Assembly (NCBI RefSeq): GCF_024305175.1
Contig: NZ_JAMWYY010000002.1
Coordinates: 42,258-106,257, forward strand
Direction: 5' to 3'
Length of the DNA: 64,000 nucleotides
Origin: Flavobacterium sp.
Lineage (GTDB): Bacteria > Bacteroidota > Bacteroidia > Flavobacteriales > Flavobacteriaceae
Position 1 is the stretch's first letter; every line of letters starts with the position of its first letter. The translations under genes were made by a program, and so were the position numbers. Of the stretch, positions 18,991-29,228 are shown piece after piece. Below the pieces are notes generated by a model. It had not been told where the DNA came from. It ran no database searches and worked only from the letters and a program-made list of their open reading frames with translations.

Positions 18991-21900
18991 ATGGCATCAA
19001 ACAAAAAATACTGGCAAAGTGTTGAAGAACTGAAAGAAAACAGTTCTATTGTTGAGACGCTAAGAAACAATGAGTTTGTTGAGGAGATACCGACTGACGA
19101 ATTTCTTGGTAACAAAGAAGCTTTGTCATCATCATCAACAAGCCGTCGTGACTTTTTAAAATATGTAGGGTTTAGTACTGCTGCAGCTTCGCTTGCAGCG
19201 TGTGAAGGCCCTGTTATTAAATCGATACCTTATGTTGTTCAGCCGGAAGAAATCATTCCGGGCGTAGCAGATTACTATGCTACTACTATGGCAGATGGTT
19301 TCGACTTTGCAAATATTGTTGTTAAGACCCGCGAGGGCAGGCCTATAAAAGTTGAAAACAACTATCTGGCAGGTGGCAAAATAAGGCCAAATGCCAGGGT
19401 ATATGCGTCTGTACTTTCTTTATATGACAGTATGCGCCTTAAAGAGCCTATGATTAAGGGTAAGCCTGCATCATGGGAAGAGGTTGATGCCGAAGTGAAG
19501 AAAAGCCTTGATCAGGCTGCGGCTTCTGGCGGGCAGGTGGTTCTTTTAACAGGTACACTTGCAAGCCCTGCAACTGAAAAACTTATTGCTGAATTTGGTG
19601 CACGGTATGCCAACTTTAAGCATGTAATATATGATGCTGTTTCATGTACTACAGCGCTTGATGCCTTCCAGTCTGTTTATGGCGAAAGGGCTCTTGCTGA
19701 TTATGATTTTGCTAAATCAGACCTTATCGTTTCTGTAGGTGCCGATATACTTGGCGACTGGCAGGGCGGTGGCTGCGATACCGGATATGCTGAAGGGCGT
19801 ATACCTAAAAATGGTAAAATGTCAAGGCACATCCAGATGGAGGCAAACATGTCTTTATCGGGTGCTAATGCCGATAAGCGTATCCCGATGACGGTAACTG
19901 AGCAGAAGTATGCACTTGTAGAACTTTACAATGCAATTACAGGTTCTTCGGTTAGCACACCGGCATTTACTGCAAAAGCAGAAGTAGCCAAAGCGGCACA
20001 GCAGCTTAAATCGGCTGGTTCACGCGGTGTGGTTGTTACAGGTTTAGATGATACTGATGCACAACTATTAGTGCTTGCCATTAATAACGCACTTCAGTCG
20101 GCTGCATTTAACCCTGCAGGTGCACGCCTTATAAGAAAAGGTGATGCAAAGGCAGTTGCCCAGCTTGTAAATGACATGAAAGCAGGGTCGGTACATACAC
20201 TTATTACAAGTGGTGTTAACCCAATGTACACGCTTGCCGACAGCGCAGCGTTTGCAGAAGGCCTTAAAAAAGTAAAAATGTCGGTAGCCTTCACTATGAA
20301 AGAAGATGAAACGGCTAGTCTTACTACTATAGCTGCTGCAGCCCCTCATTACCTTGAGTCTTGGGGAGATGTAAGTATAGCAAAAGGTTACTACAGCATC
20401 ATGCAGCCTACAATCCGCCCGCTGTTTAAAACAAGGCAGCTTCAGGATTCGTTACTGGCATGGACGGGTAACCCGCAATCTTTCTACGACTATCTTAAAG
20501 TTACAGCTCCTGCTTATGCAGCAGGTAAAACATGGAACCAACTGGTGCATGATGGTGTTGCTGTAGCTGAAACTATAGCTCCTGCTGTAACTAACGGTGC
20601 TGACTTTAGCGGTGCGGCTTCTAAGCTTGCGCAAGCCAAAAAAGCAGGAGAGCTTGAACTTGTACTTTATACCAAAACAGGTATGGGAGACGGCCAGCAG
20701 GCAAGTAACCCATGGCTTCAGGAGTTCCCTGACCCAATAACAAGGGTATCTTGGGATAACTACCTTACTGTTTCAAAGGCTGATGCAGAAAGGCTGGGCC
20801 TTGAAAACTATAATGTAGCAAATGGCGGACTTAACGGAAGCTATGTTACTATAGAAGTTAATGGTAAAAAACTTGAAAAAGTCCCTGTAATTATACAGCC
20901 TGGTCAGGCTAAAGGCACAGTAGGCCTTGCGCTTGGTTACGGCCGCAAAGAGGCTATGAAGCCTGAAATGGTGGTAGGTGTAAATGCTTACACGCTGTAT
21001 AATAACTTTAATGCTGTTCAGCCGGTTAAGATAACCAAAGAAAGCGGCGACCACGAATTTGCCTGCATACAGTTACAAAAAACACTGATGGGCAGGGGCG
21101 ACATCATTAAAGAAACAACCCTTAAAGATTATAATACTAAAGATGCTGCTGAATGGAATGAAGTTCCTGTAGTATCATTAGACCATAAAGAAGTGCCTGC
21201 AGCTACTGTAGACCTTTGGGAATCTTTTGACAGGACAGTGGGCCACCACTTTAACCTATCGGTAGACCTTAACGCCTGTACAGGTTGTGGCGCGTGCGTT
21301 ATTGCATGCCACGCCGAAAACAACGTTCCTGTTGTTGGTAAGAGCGAAGTAAGGAGAAGCCGTGATATGCACTGGCTGCGTATTGACAGGTACTACTCAT
21401 CTGAAGATACATTTGCAGGTGATGTTGAAACTAAAGAAGCTGCAAGCGGATTACTTGATTCTATAGAAACTTTCAGGGAAATGGAAGACCCGGCAGAGAA
21501 TCCGCAGGTTGCATTCCAGCCTGTATTCTGCCAGCACTGTAACCACGCGCCTTGCGAAACTGTTTGTCCTGTTGCGGCAACATCTCACGGCCGCCAGGGT
21601 CAAAACCACATGGCTTATAACCGTTGTGTAGGTACCCGTTACTGTGCAAACAACTGCCCTTATAAAGTGCGTCGTTTCAACTGGTTCTTATACAGCAAGA
21701 ACGAGGAGTTTGACTACCACATGAATGACGATCTTGGCCGTATGGTACTTAACCCTGATGTTAACGTACGCTCGAGGGGTGTTATGGAGAAATGTTCTTT
21801 CTGTATCCAGATGACACAGGCTACCATACTTAACGCTAAGCGTGAAGGCCGCCCGGTAAGGAAAGATGAATTCTACACAGCATGTTCTGAGGCCTGCGGC

Positions 21901-22044
21901 TCCGGTGCAATGGTGTTTGGAGATGTAAACAATGAGGAAGATACAGTTGCACAGCTTCAGGAAAGCGACAGGATGTATCACCTGCTGGAACATATTGGCA
22001 CTAAGCCTAATGTATTCTATCACGTTAAAGTGAGGAACACCTAA
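18991..22044 (+). CDS. actB: ACIII subunit ActB (molybdopterin-oxidoreductase-like plus 4Fe-4S ferredoxin fusion, Tat signal)
   Basis: 1017 aa. Tat motif SRRDFLKYVG. C-terminal Fe-S cluster motifs CTGCGACVIAC, CQHCNHAPCETVCP and CVGTRYCANNCP. Confidence 0.9.
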   Translation: MASNKKYWQSVEELKENSSIVETLRNNEFVEEIPTDEFLGNKEALSSSSTSRRDFLKYVGFSTAAASLAACEGPVIKSIPYVVQPEEIIPGVADYYATTMADGFDFANIVVKTREGRPIKVENNYLAGGKIRPNARVYASVLSLYDSMRLKEPMIKGKPASWEEVDAEVKKSLDQAAASGGQVVLLTGTLASPATEKLIAEFGARYANFKHVIYDAVSCTTALDAFQSVYGERALADYDFAKSDLIVSVGADILGDWQGGGCDTGYAEGRIPKNGKMSRHIQMEANMSLSGANADKRIPMTVTEQKYALVELYNAITGSSVSTPAFTAKAEVAKAAQQLKSAGSRGVVVTGLDDTDAQLLVLAINNALQSAAFNPAGARLIRKGDAKAVAQLVNDMKAGSVHTLITSGVNPMYTLADSAAFAEGLKKVKMSVAFTMKEDETASLTTIAAAAPHYLESWGDVSIAKGYYSIMQPTIRPLFKTRQLQDSLLAWTGNPQSFYDYLKVTAPAYAAGKTWNQLVHDGVAVAETIAPAVTNGADFSGAASKLAQAKKAGELELVLYTKTGMGDGQQASNPWLQEFPDPITRVSWDNYLTVSKADAERLGLENYNVANGGLNGSYVTIEVNGKKLEKVPVIIQPGQAKGTVGLALGYGRKEAMKPEMVVGVNAYTLYNNFNAVQPVKITKESGDHEFACIQLQKTLMGRGDIIKETTLKDYNTKDAAEWNEVPVVSLDHKEVPAATVDLWESFDRTVGHHFNLSVDLNACTGCGACVIACHAENNVPVVGKSEVRRSRDMHWLRIDRYYSSEDTFAGDVETKEAASGLLDSIETFREMEDPAENPQVAFQPVFCQHCNHAPCETVCPVAATSHGRQGQNHMAYNRCVGTRYCANNCPYKVRRFNWFLYSKNEEFDYHMNDDLGRMVLNPDVNVRSRGVMEKCSFCIQMTQATILNAKREGRPVRKDEFYTACSEACGSGAMVFGDVNNEEDTVAQLQESDRMYHLLEHIGTKPNVFYHVKVRNT

Positions 22045-22080
22045 TCAATTAGTTATTAATTAAGAAACATTATAAAGGAT

Positions 22081-23502
22081 ATGTCGTCTCATTACGAAGC
22101 ACCCATTAGAAAACCTTTAATTATAGGTGACAAAAATTATCACGATGTAACAGTTGATGTTGCAAGGCCGGTGGAAGGCAGGGCCAACAAGCAATGGTGG
22201 ATAGCATTTTCCATTGCGCTTGCCGCTTTCCTTTGGGGTGTAGGTTGCGTTGCTTATACAGTAGGAACCGGTATCGGTACATGGGGATCTAATAAAACAA
22301 TAGGCTGGGCCTGGGATATCACCAACTTCGTTTGGTGGGTAGGTATCGGTCACGCCGGTACGCTTATCTCTGCGGTACTGCTTTTATTCCGCCAAAAGTG
22401 GAGGATGGCCATCAACAGGTCGGCTGAAGCGATGACCATTTTCTCGGTAATACAGGCGGCTATGTTCCCTGTATTCCACATGGGACGCCCGTGGCTTGCT
22501 TACTGGGTAATGCCAATACCAAACCAGTTCGGTTCTTTATGGGTTAACTTTAACTCTCCGCTACTTTGGGACGTATTTGCAATCTCAACTTACCTTTCGG
22601 TATCACTTGTTTTCTGGTGGACAGGTTTATTGCCTGACTTTGCAATGCTTCGCGACAGGGCTATAACGCCTTTCACAAAAAGAATATATTCAACTCTAAG
22701 TTTCGGATGGAGCGGCCGTGCTAAAGACTGGCAGCGTTTTGAAGAGGTATCTCTTGTACTTGCAGGCCTTGCTACGCCACTTGTACTTTCGGTTCACACC
22801 ATTGTATCATTCGACTTTGCCACATCGGTTATACCGGGATGGCACACTACTATCCTTCCGCCATACTTCGTTGCGGGTGCAATCTTCTCAGGGTTCGCAA
22901 TGGTAAACACACTTCTTATCATTATGAGAAAAGTGTCTAACCTGGAAGCTTATATTACTATACAGCACATTGAGCTTATGAACATCATTATCATGATTAC
23001 AGGTTCGATAGTAGGTATAGCTTATATAACAGAGTTATTTATTGCATGGTATTCAGGAGTAGAGTATGAGCAGTATGCCTTCCTTAACAGGGCAACAGGC
23101 CCTTACTGGTGGTCTTACCTGCTAATGATGACGTGTAACGTGGTATCTCCACAGGTAATGTGGGTTAAAAAGATCCGTACAAGTATTATGGCATCGTTTA
23201 TAATCTCTATTGTGGTAAACATAGGTATGTGGTTCGAGCGTTTCGTAATTATCGTTACATCGCTTCACAGGGATTACCTTCCATCTTCATGGACTATGTT
23301 CCAGCCAACATTTGTAGATGCAGGTTTCTACATTGGTACAATAGGTTTCTTCTTTGTACTGTTCCTGCTGTACTCAAGAAGTTTCCCTGTAATTGCACAG
23401 GCAGAGGTTAAATCGATCATGAAAACGTCAAGCGAGAAATATAAAAAGCTTCACGAGCAACACGGTCACGACAATCATTCACATTCAGAACATAATCATT
23501 AA
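22081..23502 (+). CDS. actC: ACIII subunit ActC (NrfD/PsrC-like quinol-interacting membrane subunit)
   Basis: 473 aa polytopic membrane protein in the conserved position. The C-terminus ends in a His-rich tail, HEQHGHDNHSHSEHNH. Confidence 0.9.
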   Translation: MSSHYEAPIRKPLIIGDKNYHDVTVDVARPVEGRANKQWWIAFSIALAAFLWGVGCVAYTVGTGIGTWGSNKTIGWAWDITNFVWWVGIGHAGTLISAVLLLFRQKWRMAINRSAEAMTIFSVIQAAMFPVFHMGRPWLAYWVMPIPNQFGSLWVNFNSPLLWDVFAISTYLSVSLVFWWTGLLPDFAMLRDRAITPFTKRIYSTLSFGWSGRAKDWQRFEEVSLVLAGLATPLVLSVHTIVSFDFATSVIPGWHTTILPPYFVAGAIFSGFAMVNTLLIIMRKVSNLEAYITIQHIELMNIIIMITGSIVGIAYITELFIAWYSGVEYEQYAFLNRATGPYWWSYLLMMTCNVVSPQVMWVKKIRTSIMASFIISIVVNIGMWFERFVIIVTSLHRDYLPSSWTMFQPTFVDAGFYIGTIGFFFVLFLLYSRSFPVIAQAEVKSIMKTSSEKYKKLHEQHGHDNHSHSEHNH

Positions 23503-23508
23503 GAGGTC

Positions 23509-24033
23509 ATGAGTAATAAAGTTATACATGTTTTATACAATGATGATGATATCCTGATGGACGCAGTAAAGAAAACGCGCGCAGCTCATCATCACATTGA
23601 AGAGGTTTATACCCCTTTCCCGGTGCACGGGCTTGATAAAGCCATGGGCCTTGCCCCAACAAGGATAGCTATTGCTTCTTTCCTCTACGGTTTGGTTGGT
23701 TTAAGCGTTGCTACCGCCATGATGCGTTATATGATGATTATAGACTGGCCGCAGGATATTGGAGGTAAGCCAAGTTTCAGCTATATACAAAATATGCCGG
23801 CTTTTGTACCGGTAATGTTTGAGATGACAGTATTTTTTGCCGCCCACTTAATGGTTATAACATTTTACCTTAGGAGTAAGCTTTGGCCATTTAAAAAAGC
23901 AGAGAACCCGGATGTAAGGACAACGGATGATCATTTTTTAATGGAAGTTGCTGCTCACGGTGATGTAGACCAGCTTGTTTCTTTCTTTGAGAATACAGGA
24001 GCTGTGGAAGTAAAAGTAATAGAAAAGCATTAA
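23509..24033 (+). CDS. actD: ACIII subunit ActD (DUF3341)
   Basis: 174 aa with two central TM helices, in the conserved position after actC. Confidence 0.8.
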   Translation: MSNKVIHVLYNDDDILMDAVKKTRAAHHHIEEVYTPFPVHGLDKAMGLAPTRIAIASFLYGLVGLSVATAMMRYMMIIDWPQDIGGKPSFSYIQNMPAFVPVMFEMTVFFAAHLMVITFYLRSKLWPFKKAENPDVRTTDDHFLMEVAAHGDVDQLVSFFENTGAVEVKVIEKH

Positions 24034-24039
24034 CAGATT

Positions 24040-24585
24040 ATGAGAGCGTTTTATAGAACAGCATTATTGGTAATTGCAGCCTCTGGGCTAACGGCATGCT
24101 TTAATAAAAAAGAGCCGAATTACCAGTATTTCCCGAATATGTATGAAGCCATACCATATGAAACTTATTCTGAAGTTTCAGCTTTTCCTAACGGTAAAGA
24201 AGGGCAGTACCCTGCACAGGGCAGCATCCCGAGGGGCTTTACTCCTTATGAGTACCCTAATACCAACGAAGGATATGAAATGGCAAAAGCTAACCTGAAA
24301 TCTCCGCTGGATTCTGCATCTGTAGATTTACCACAAGGCGAGCAGCTTTATACTATTTACTGTGCAATTTGCCACGGTGATAAGGGAGACGGAAAAGGAA
24401 CTCTGGTAAAGAAGGAAAAGTTTCTTGGTGTGCCTAACTACAAAGACAGGCAAATTACAGAAGGAAGTGTATTCCACGTAATAACCTACGGTCTTAACTC
24501 CATGGGCTCGCATGCTAACCAGCTTTCTCAGGAAGAGCGTTGGCAGGTTACCAGCTACGTGCTTAAATTAAGGAGCGAATTATAA
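24040..24585 (+). CDS. actE: ACIII subunit ActE, monohaem cytochrome c lipoprotein
   Basis: Lipobox LTAC, and a single CAICH haem motif. Confidence 0.8.
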   Translation: MRAFYRTALLVIAASGLTACFNKKEPNYQYFPNMYEAIPYETYSEVSAFPNGKEGQYPAQGSIPRGFTPYEYPNTNEGYEMAKANLKSPLDSASVDLPQGEQLYTIYCAICHGDKGDGKGTLVKKEKFLGVPNYKDRQITEGSVFHVITYGLNSMGSHANQLSQEERWQVTSYVLKLRSEL

Positions 24586-24611
24586 TTTGTAGAACACTGA
24601 AAGCATATAAT

Positions 24612-26096
24612 ATGTACACATTTTCAAGTAGATTAAAAACTTTTTCCTTAGTCCTTATCGTGCTGGGTATACTTGGCATAGGCTATAGTTTTTTAACTGC
24701 ACCTAAAACTATTGAAGACGTAGAAAAAATACTGAAAGAGGAGGAAGCTGCACACGGCGGACACCATGGAGCTGCCGCTCATCCTGATGCCGAAGCAACA
24801 GTACACGATGCCGAGCTTACACCGGGTGAAGGCGGGCACGAACATACAACGCAGGAGCTTCATGAAACCGTTCCTCAGGGTGATCACGCTGTAGAGCATG
24901 CCATACATGACGACAGGGGGCACATGGAAAATTTAGAAAAGCATGTTACCGCAAGCCATGATGCAGAAGCTACACATGCAGATGAGCACCATGAACATTT
25001 AGAGCACGTATTGCACCAGCTTCAGAACAAGCCATGGTCGGCAGTATATGTTGCCGCTTTGTTCTTTATGCTGCTTTCGCTTGGCACACTTGCTTTTTAT
25101 GCTATACAAAACGCAGCACAGGCCGGCTGGTCTCCAGTTCTTTTCAGGGTTATGGAAGCTATCTCTGCTTACCTTATACCGGGCGCAATAATTGTATTTG
25201 TACTGCTTGTATTGGGTGTACTGCATTTTCACCATATTTTTATATGGATGGATGAAGAAGTTGTTGCTAACGACCATTTACTGCAAGGTAAAACAGGATA
25301 TCTTAACGGGCCTTTCTTCCTGATAAGGGCAGCGCTTTTTATGGGCGGCTGGATACTTTACCGCCAGTATGCACGAAAGAACTCACTGCTTCAGGATGAT
25401 GCTACAGATAATACGTACTATAAGAAGAACTTTAAGGCATCTGCCGGTTTCCTTGTATTCTTTATTATAACAGAATCTATTATGTCTTGGGACTGGATCA
25501 TGTCGGTTGACCCACACTGGTACAGTACCCTGTTTGGATGGTATGTGTTTGCAAGTTTCTTTGTAAGCGGTATTACTGCCATTGCTATGATTACACTTTA
25601 CCTTAAGGCTAAAGGATATCTTGAGTATGTAAATACAAGCCATATACACGACCTTGCCAAGTTTATGTTTGGTATAAGCGTGTTCTGGACATACCTTTGG
25701 TTCTCTCAGTTTATGCTTATGTGGTATGCTGATATACCGGAAGAGGTAACTTACTTTGTTACACGTATAGAACAATATAACCTTCCGTTCTTTGGTATGG
25801 TAGCTATGAACTTTGTGTTCCCGGTTCTTATACTTATCAACACCGACTTTAAACGTTTATCATGGATAGTGGTTATGGCGGGTATTGTTATCCTTTGCGG
25901 TCACTACCTTGATTTCTACAATATGATTATGCCTGCAACTGTGGGAGACCGTTGGTTTATTGGCGCAGGCGAAATAGGTGCGATACTTCTTTTCCTTGGC
26001 CTGTTTATATTTGTAGTATTTACGGCATTAACCAAAGCGCCTCTTCTTGCTAAGCGCAACCCATTGATGGAAGAGAGTAAGCATTTTCATTATTAA
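24612..26096 (+). CDS. actF: ACIII subunit ActF (second NrfD-like membrane subunit) with a His-rich loop
   Basis: 494 aa polytopic protein in the conserved position. Residues ~48-136, between TM1 and TM2, hold about 20 His by my count. Confidence 0.8.
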   Translation: MYTFSSRLKTFSLVLIVLGILGIGYSFLTAPKTIEDVEKILKEEEAAHGGHHGAAAHPDAEATVHDAELTPGEGGHEHTTQELHETVPQGDHAVEHAIHDDRGHMENLEKHVTASHDAEATHADEHHEHLEHVLHQLQNKPWSAVYVAALFFMLLSLGTLAFYAIQNAAQAGWSPVLFRVMEAISAYLIPGAIIVFVLLVLGVLHFHHIFIWMDEEVVANDHLLQGKTGYLNGPFFLIRAALFMGGWILYRQYARKNSLLQDDATDNTYYKKNFKASAGFLVFFIITESIMSWDWIMSVDPHWYSTLFGWYVFASFFVSGITAIAMITLYLKAKGYLEYVNTSHIHDLAKFMFGISVFWTYLWFSQFMLMWYADIPEEVTYFVTRIEQYNLPFFGMVAMNFVFPVLILINTDFKRLSWIVVMAGIVILCGHYLDFYNMIMPATVGDRWFIGAGEIGAILLFLGLFIFVVFTALTKAPLLAKRNPLMEESKHFHY

Positions 26097-26115
26097 TATT
26101 TAAAGAAATAAACAA

Positions 26116-27303
26116 ATGACAAGTTTATTGATAATTGCAGTTTTAGTTTTATTAGGCATTGCAATATGGCAATTAACTAAAATATTCCACCTGACTCAAA
26201 TTGGTTCATCTTCACAAACAGAAAACAGTGAAGTGGCTAATGACAGGGATAATAATGTTAATGGTTACCTGATGTTTGCCTTTTTAGGTTTCATATACAT
26301 CTTTACAATATATTCTCTCGTTAAGTGGGGTCACCTTGTATTGGGTACACCTGCTTCAGAACACGGACCGCAGTATGATAACCTTATGGCTATCTCTATG
26401 TGGATTATATTTATCGTACAAATAATCACGCAGTTCCTTTTGCACTACTTCTCGTTTAAGTACAGGGGTAACGAAAAGAAAGTAGCTTTTTATTATGCAG
26501 ATAACGATAAGCTTGAATTTATCTGGACCATTATACCGGTTATAGTTCTTGCAGGACTTATTCTTTACGGACTTTATGCATGGACTAACATTATGTTTAT
26601 TGATGAAGAGAAAGAAGATGCAATTTATGTAGAGGTTTACGCAAAACAGTTTGGATGGGAAGTGCGTTATGCCGGAGAAGACGGTATGTTAGGAAAAGCT
26701 AACGTAAGGTATATTGAGGGTGTAAACACAATGGGTGTAGACCTTAGCGACCCTGCGGCACAGGATGATATTACAGCAAGTGAGCTTCACCTGCCAAAAG
26801 GTAAAAAAGTTATATTCAAATTCCGTTCTCAGGATGTGCTGCACTCTGCTTATATGCCGCACTTCCGTGCGCAGATGAACGTTGTGCCTGGTATGGTAAC
26901 ACAGTTTGGATTTACTCCAACCATGACTACAGAAGAGATGCGTAATGACCCTCAGATAATTGAGAAGGTTGCAAACATAAACAAAATAAGGTCTGCAAAA
27001 AGTGCAGAGCTTACTGCAAAAGGAGAGTCGGCGTTAGACCCTTATACTTTTGACTATTTATTGCTTTGTAATAAAATTTGTGGTGCATCTCACTACAACA
27101 TGCAAATGAAAATCGTTGTTGATACAGAAGCTGACTTTAACACATGGTTAAAAGGCCTTAAGCCACTTTCTGCGGCTGTTAAGGAATCTAAGCAGGATGC
27201 TGCCGCTGCACCGGCAACACAAGAAGCACCTGCTACAGAAGCTGATACTACCGCTACAGTTGCGGCAGACTCAACAATGGTAGCACAATTAATCAGGAAA
27301 TAA
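26116..27303 (+). CDS. ctaC: Cytochrome c oxidase subunit II
   Basis: N-terminal TM helices. CuA ligand pattern present: DVLHS...C-NKI-C-GAS-H-YN-M. No CxxCH, so there is no fused cytochrome c. Ala/Thr-rich C-terminal tail. Confidence 0.85.
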   Translation: MTSLLIIAVLVLLGIAIWQLTKIFHLTQIGSSSQTENSEVANDRDNNVNGYLMFAFLGFIYIFTIYSLVKWGHLVLGTPASEHGPQYDNLMAISMWIIFIVQIITQFLLHYFSFKYRGNEKKVAFYYADNDKLEFIWTIIPVIVLAGLILYGLYAWTNIMFIDEEKEDAIYVEVYAKQFGWEVRYAGEDGMLGKANVRYIEGVNTMGVDLSDPAAQDDITASELHLPKGKKVIFKFRSQDVLHSAYMPHFRAQMNVVPGMVTQFGFTPTMTTEEMRNDPQIIEKVANINKIRSAKSAELTAKGESALDPYTFDYLLLCNKICGASHYNMQMKIVVDTEADFNTWLKGLKPLSAAVKESKQDAAAAPATQEAPATEADTTATVAADSTMVAQLIRK

Positions 27304-27333
27304 CCTTTTTTAATATATTCAAATTAAAAAAAT

Positions 27334-29142
27334 ATGTCAGCAGTAGGACACGAAATACACGGAGATCAAGGTCATCATGATGCTCACGAACACCACCACA
27401 AGGATACTTTTATAACAAAGTATATCTTTAGCATCGACCATAAGATGATTGCCAAGCAATATCTTATTACCGGTATTATCATGGGTATTATCGGTATCAT
27501 GATGTCAATTTTATTCCGTATGCAGCTTGCATGGCCGGAAGAGTCATTCACTATGTTCAAGATTTTCCTAGGTGATAAGTTTGCTCCAAACGGCGTAATG
27601 CGTAACGATATTTACCTTGCACTTGTTACAATACATGGTACTATAATGGTATTCTTTGTATTAACGGCAGGTTTGAGCGGTACTTTTAGTAACCTTCTTA
27701 TTCCTTTACAGATTGGTGCCAGGGATATGGCTTCCGGATTTATGAATATGCTTTCATACTGGATGTTCTTTATATCTTCGGTTATAATGGTTATCTCCCT
27801 TTTTGTTGAGGCAGGCCCTGCATCTGCGGGTTGGACAATTTATCCTCCCCTTTCGGCATTGCCACAGGCTATACCGGGTTCAGGCGCGGGTATGACGCTT
27901 TGGTTGGTATCTATGGCAATATTCATTGCTTCATCACTAATGGGTTCACTTAACTATGTTGTAACGGTTATTAACCTGCGTACAAAAGGTATGTCTATGA
28001 CAAGGATGCCGCTTACAATATGGGCATTCTTTATTACTGCCGTTATTGGTATACTATCATTCCCGGTACTTCTTTCAGCGGCATTACTTTTATTGTTTGA
28101 CAGGAGTTTTGGTACTTCATTCTTCCTTTCAGATATCTTTATCGCGGGTGAAGTATTACATTACCAGGGAGGTTCTCCGGTATTGTTCGAACACCTTTTC
28201 TGGTTCCTTGGGCACCCAGAGGTATATATTGTACTTCTTCCTGCACTTGGTATTACTTCAGAAATTATTGCAACCAATGCCCGTAAGCCAATTTTTGGTT
28301 ACCGCGCCATGATTGCCTCTATATTGGCAATTGCATTCCTTTCAACTATTGTATGGGGCCACCACATGTTCATCTCGGGTATGAACCCGTTCCTTGGTTC
28401 TGTGTTTACCTTTACAACACTACTTATTGCAATTCCTTCGGCAGTTAAAGCATTTAACTATATTACAACGTTGTGGAGGGGTAACCTTCAGCTTAACCCT
28501 GCCATGCTTTTCTCTATAGGTCTTGTATCAACCTTTATTACAGGTGGTTTAACAGGTATCATACTTGGAGACAGCACGCTAGACATTAACGTTCACGATA
28601 CATACTTCGTGGTAGCTCACTTCCACCTTGTAATGGGTATATCTGCCCTTTATGGTATGTTTGCGGGTATCTACCACTGGTTCCCGAGAATGTTTGGCAG
28701 GATGATGAATAAAAATCTTGGATATATCCACTTCTGGGTAACAGCAATATGTGCTTATGGAGTATTCTTCCCGATGCACTTTATAGGCATGGCAGGCTTA
28801 CCAAGGCGTTACTATACCAATACTGCTTTCCCGTTGTTTGACGACCTTCAGGATGTAAACGTACTTATAACGATGTTTGCAATAATAGGTGCAGCATTCC
28901 AGCTTGTATTCCTGTGGAACTTCTTCTACAGCATATTTAAAGGTAAAAAAGCGCCTATGAACCCATGGAAGTCTAACACACTAGAGTGGACTGCACCGGT
29001 TGAGCATATGCACGGTAACTGGCCGGGCGAGATACCTGAAGTTTACAGGTGGCCGTATGACTACAGCAAGCCGGGCCATGATGAGGACTTTGTTCCGCAA
29101 AACATTCCTATGAAACCAAACGAAGAGCAGTTACATCATTAA
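27334..29142 (+). CDS. ctaD: Cytochrome c oxidase subunit I
   Basis: 602 aa with classic haem-copper oxidase motifs: WFLGHPEVYIVLLP, HHMF and VAHFHLVMG. The N-terminus is His-rich: MSAVGHEIHGDQGHHDAHEHHHK. Confidence 0.95.
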   Translation: MSAVGHEIHGDQGHHDAHEHHHKDTFITKYIFSIDHKMIAKQYLITGIIMGIIGIMMSILFRMQLAWPEESFTMFKIFLGDKFAPNGVMRNDIYLALVTIHGTIMVFFVLTAGLSGTFSNLLIPLQIGARDMASGFMNMLSYWMFFISSVIMVISLFVEAGPASAGWTIYPPLSALPQAIPGSGAGMTLWLVSMAIFIASSLMGSLNYVVTVINLRTKGMSMTRMPLTIWAFFITAVIGILSFPVLLSAALLLLFDRSFGTSFFLSDIFIAGEVLHYQGGSPVLFEHLFWFLGHPEVYIVLLPALGITSEIIATNARKPIFGYRAMIASILAIAFLSTIVWGHHMFISGMNPFLGSVFTFTTLLIAIPSAVKAFNYITTLWRGNLQLNPAMLFSIGLVSTFITGGLTGIILGDSTLDINVHDTYFVVAHFHLVMGISALYGMFAGIYHWFPRMFGRMMNKNLGYIHFWVTAICAYGVFFPMHFIGMAGLPRRYYTNTAFPLFDDLQDVNVLITMFAIIGAAFQLVFLWNFFYSIFKGKKAPMNPWKSNTLEWTAPVEHMHGNWPGEIPEVYRWPYDYSKPGHDEDFVPQNIPMKPNEEQLHH

Positions 29143-29163
29143 TAACTTTTCGATAAATATAGA

Positions 29164-29192
29164 AGCCCTTCTTGTTAAAGAGGGGCTTTTTT
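29164..29192 (+). terminator. Intrinsic terminator after ctaD
   Basis: AGCCCTTCT / AGAGGGGCT 9-bp stem (one G-U pair) with a 6-nt loop, then a T-run. Confidence 0.7.
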
Positions 29193-29228
29193 ATTACTAA
29201 ATCTGTATCTTTATAAAAACAACGTATT

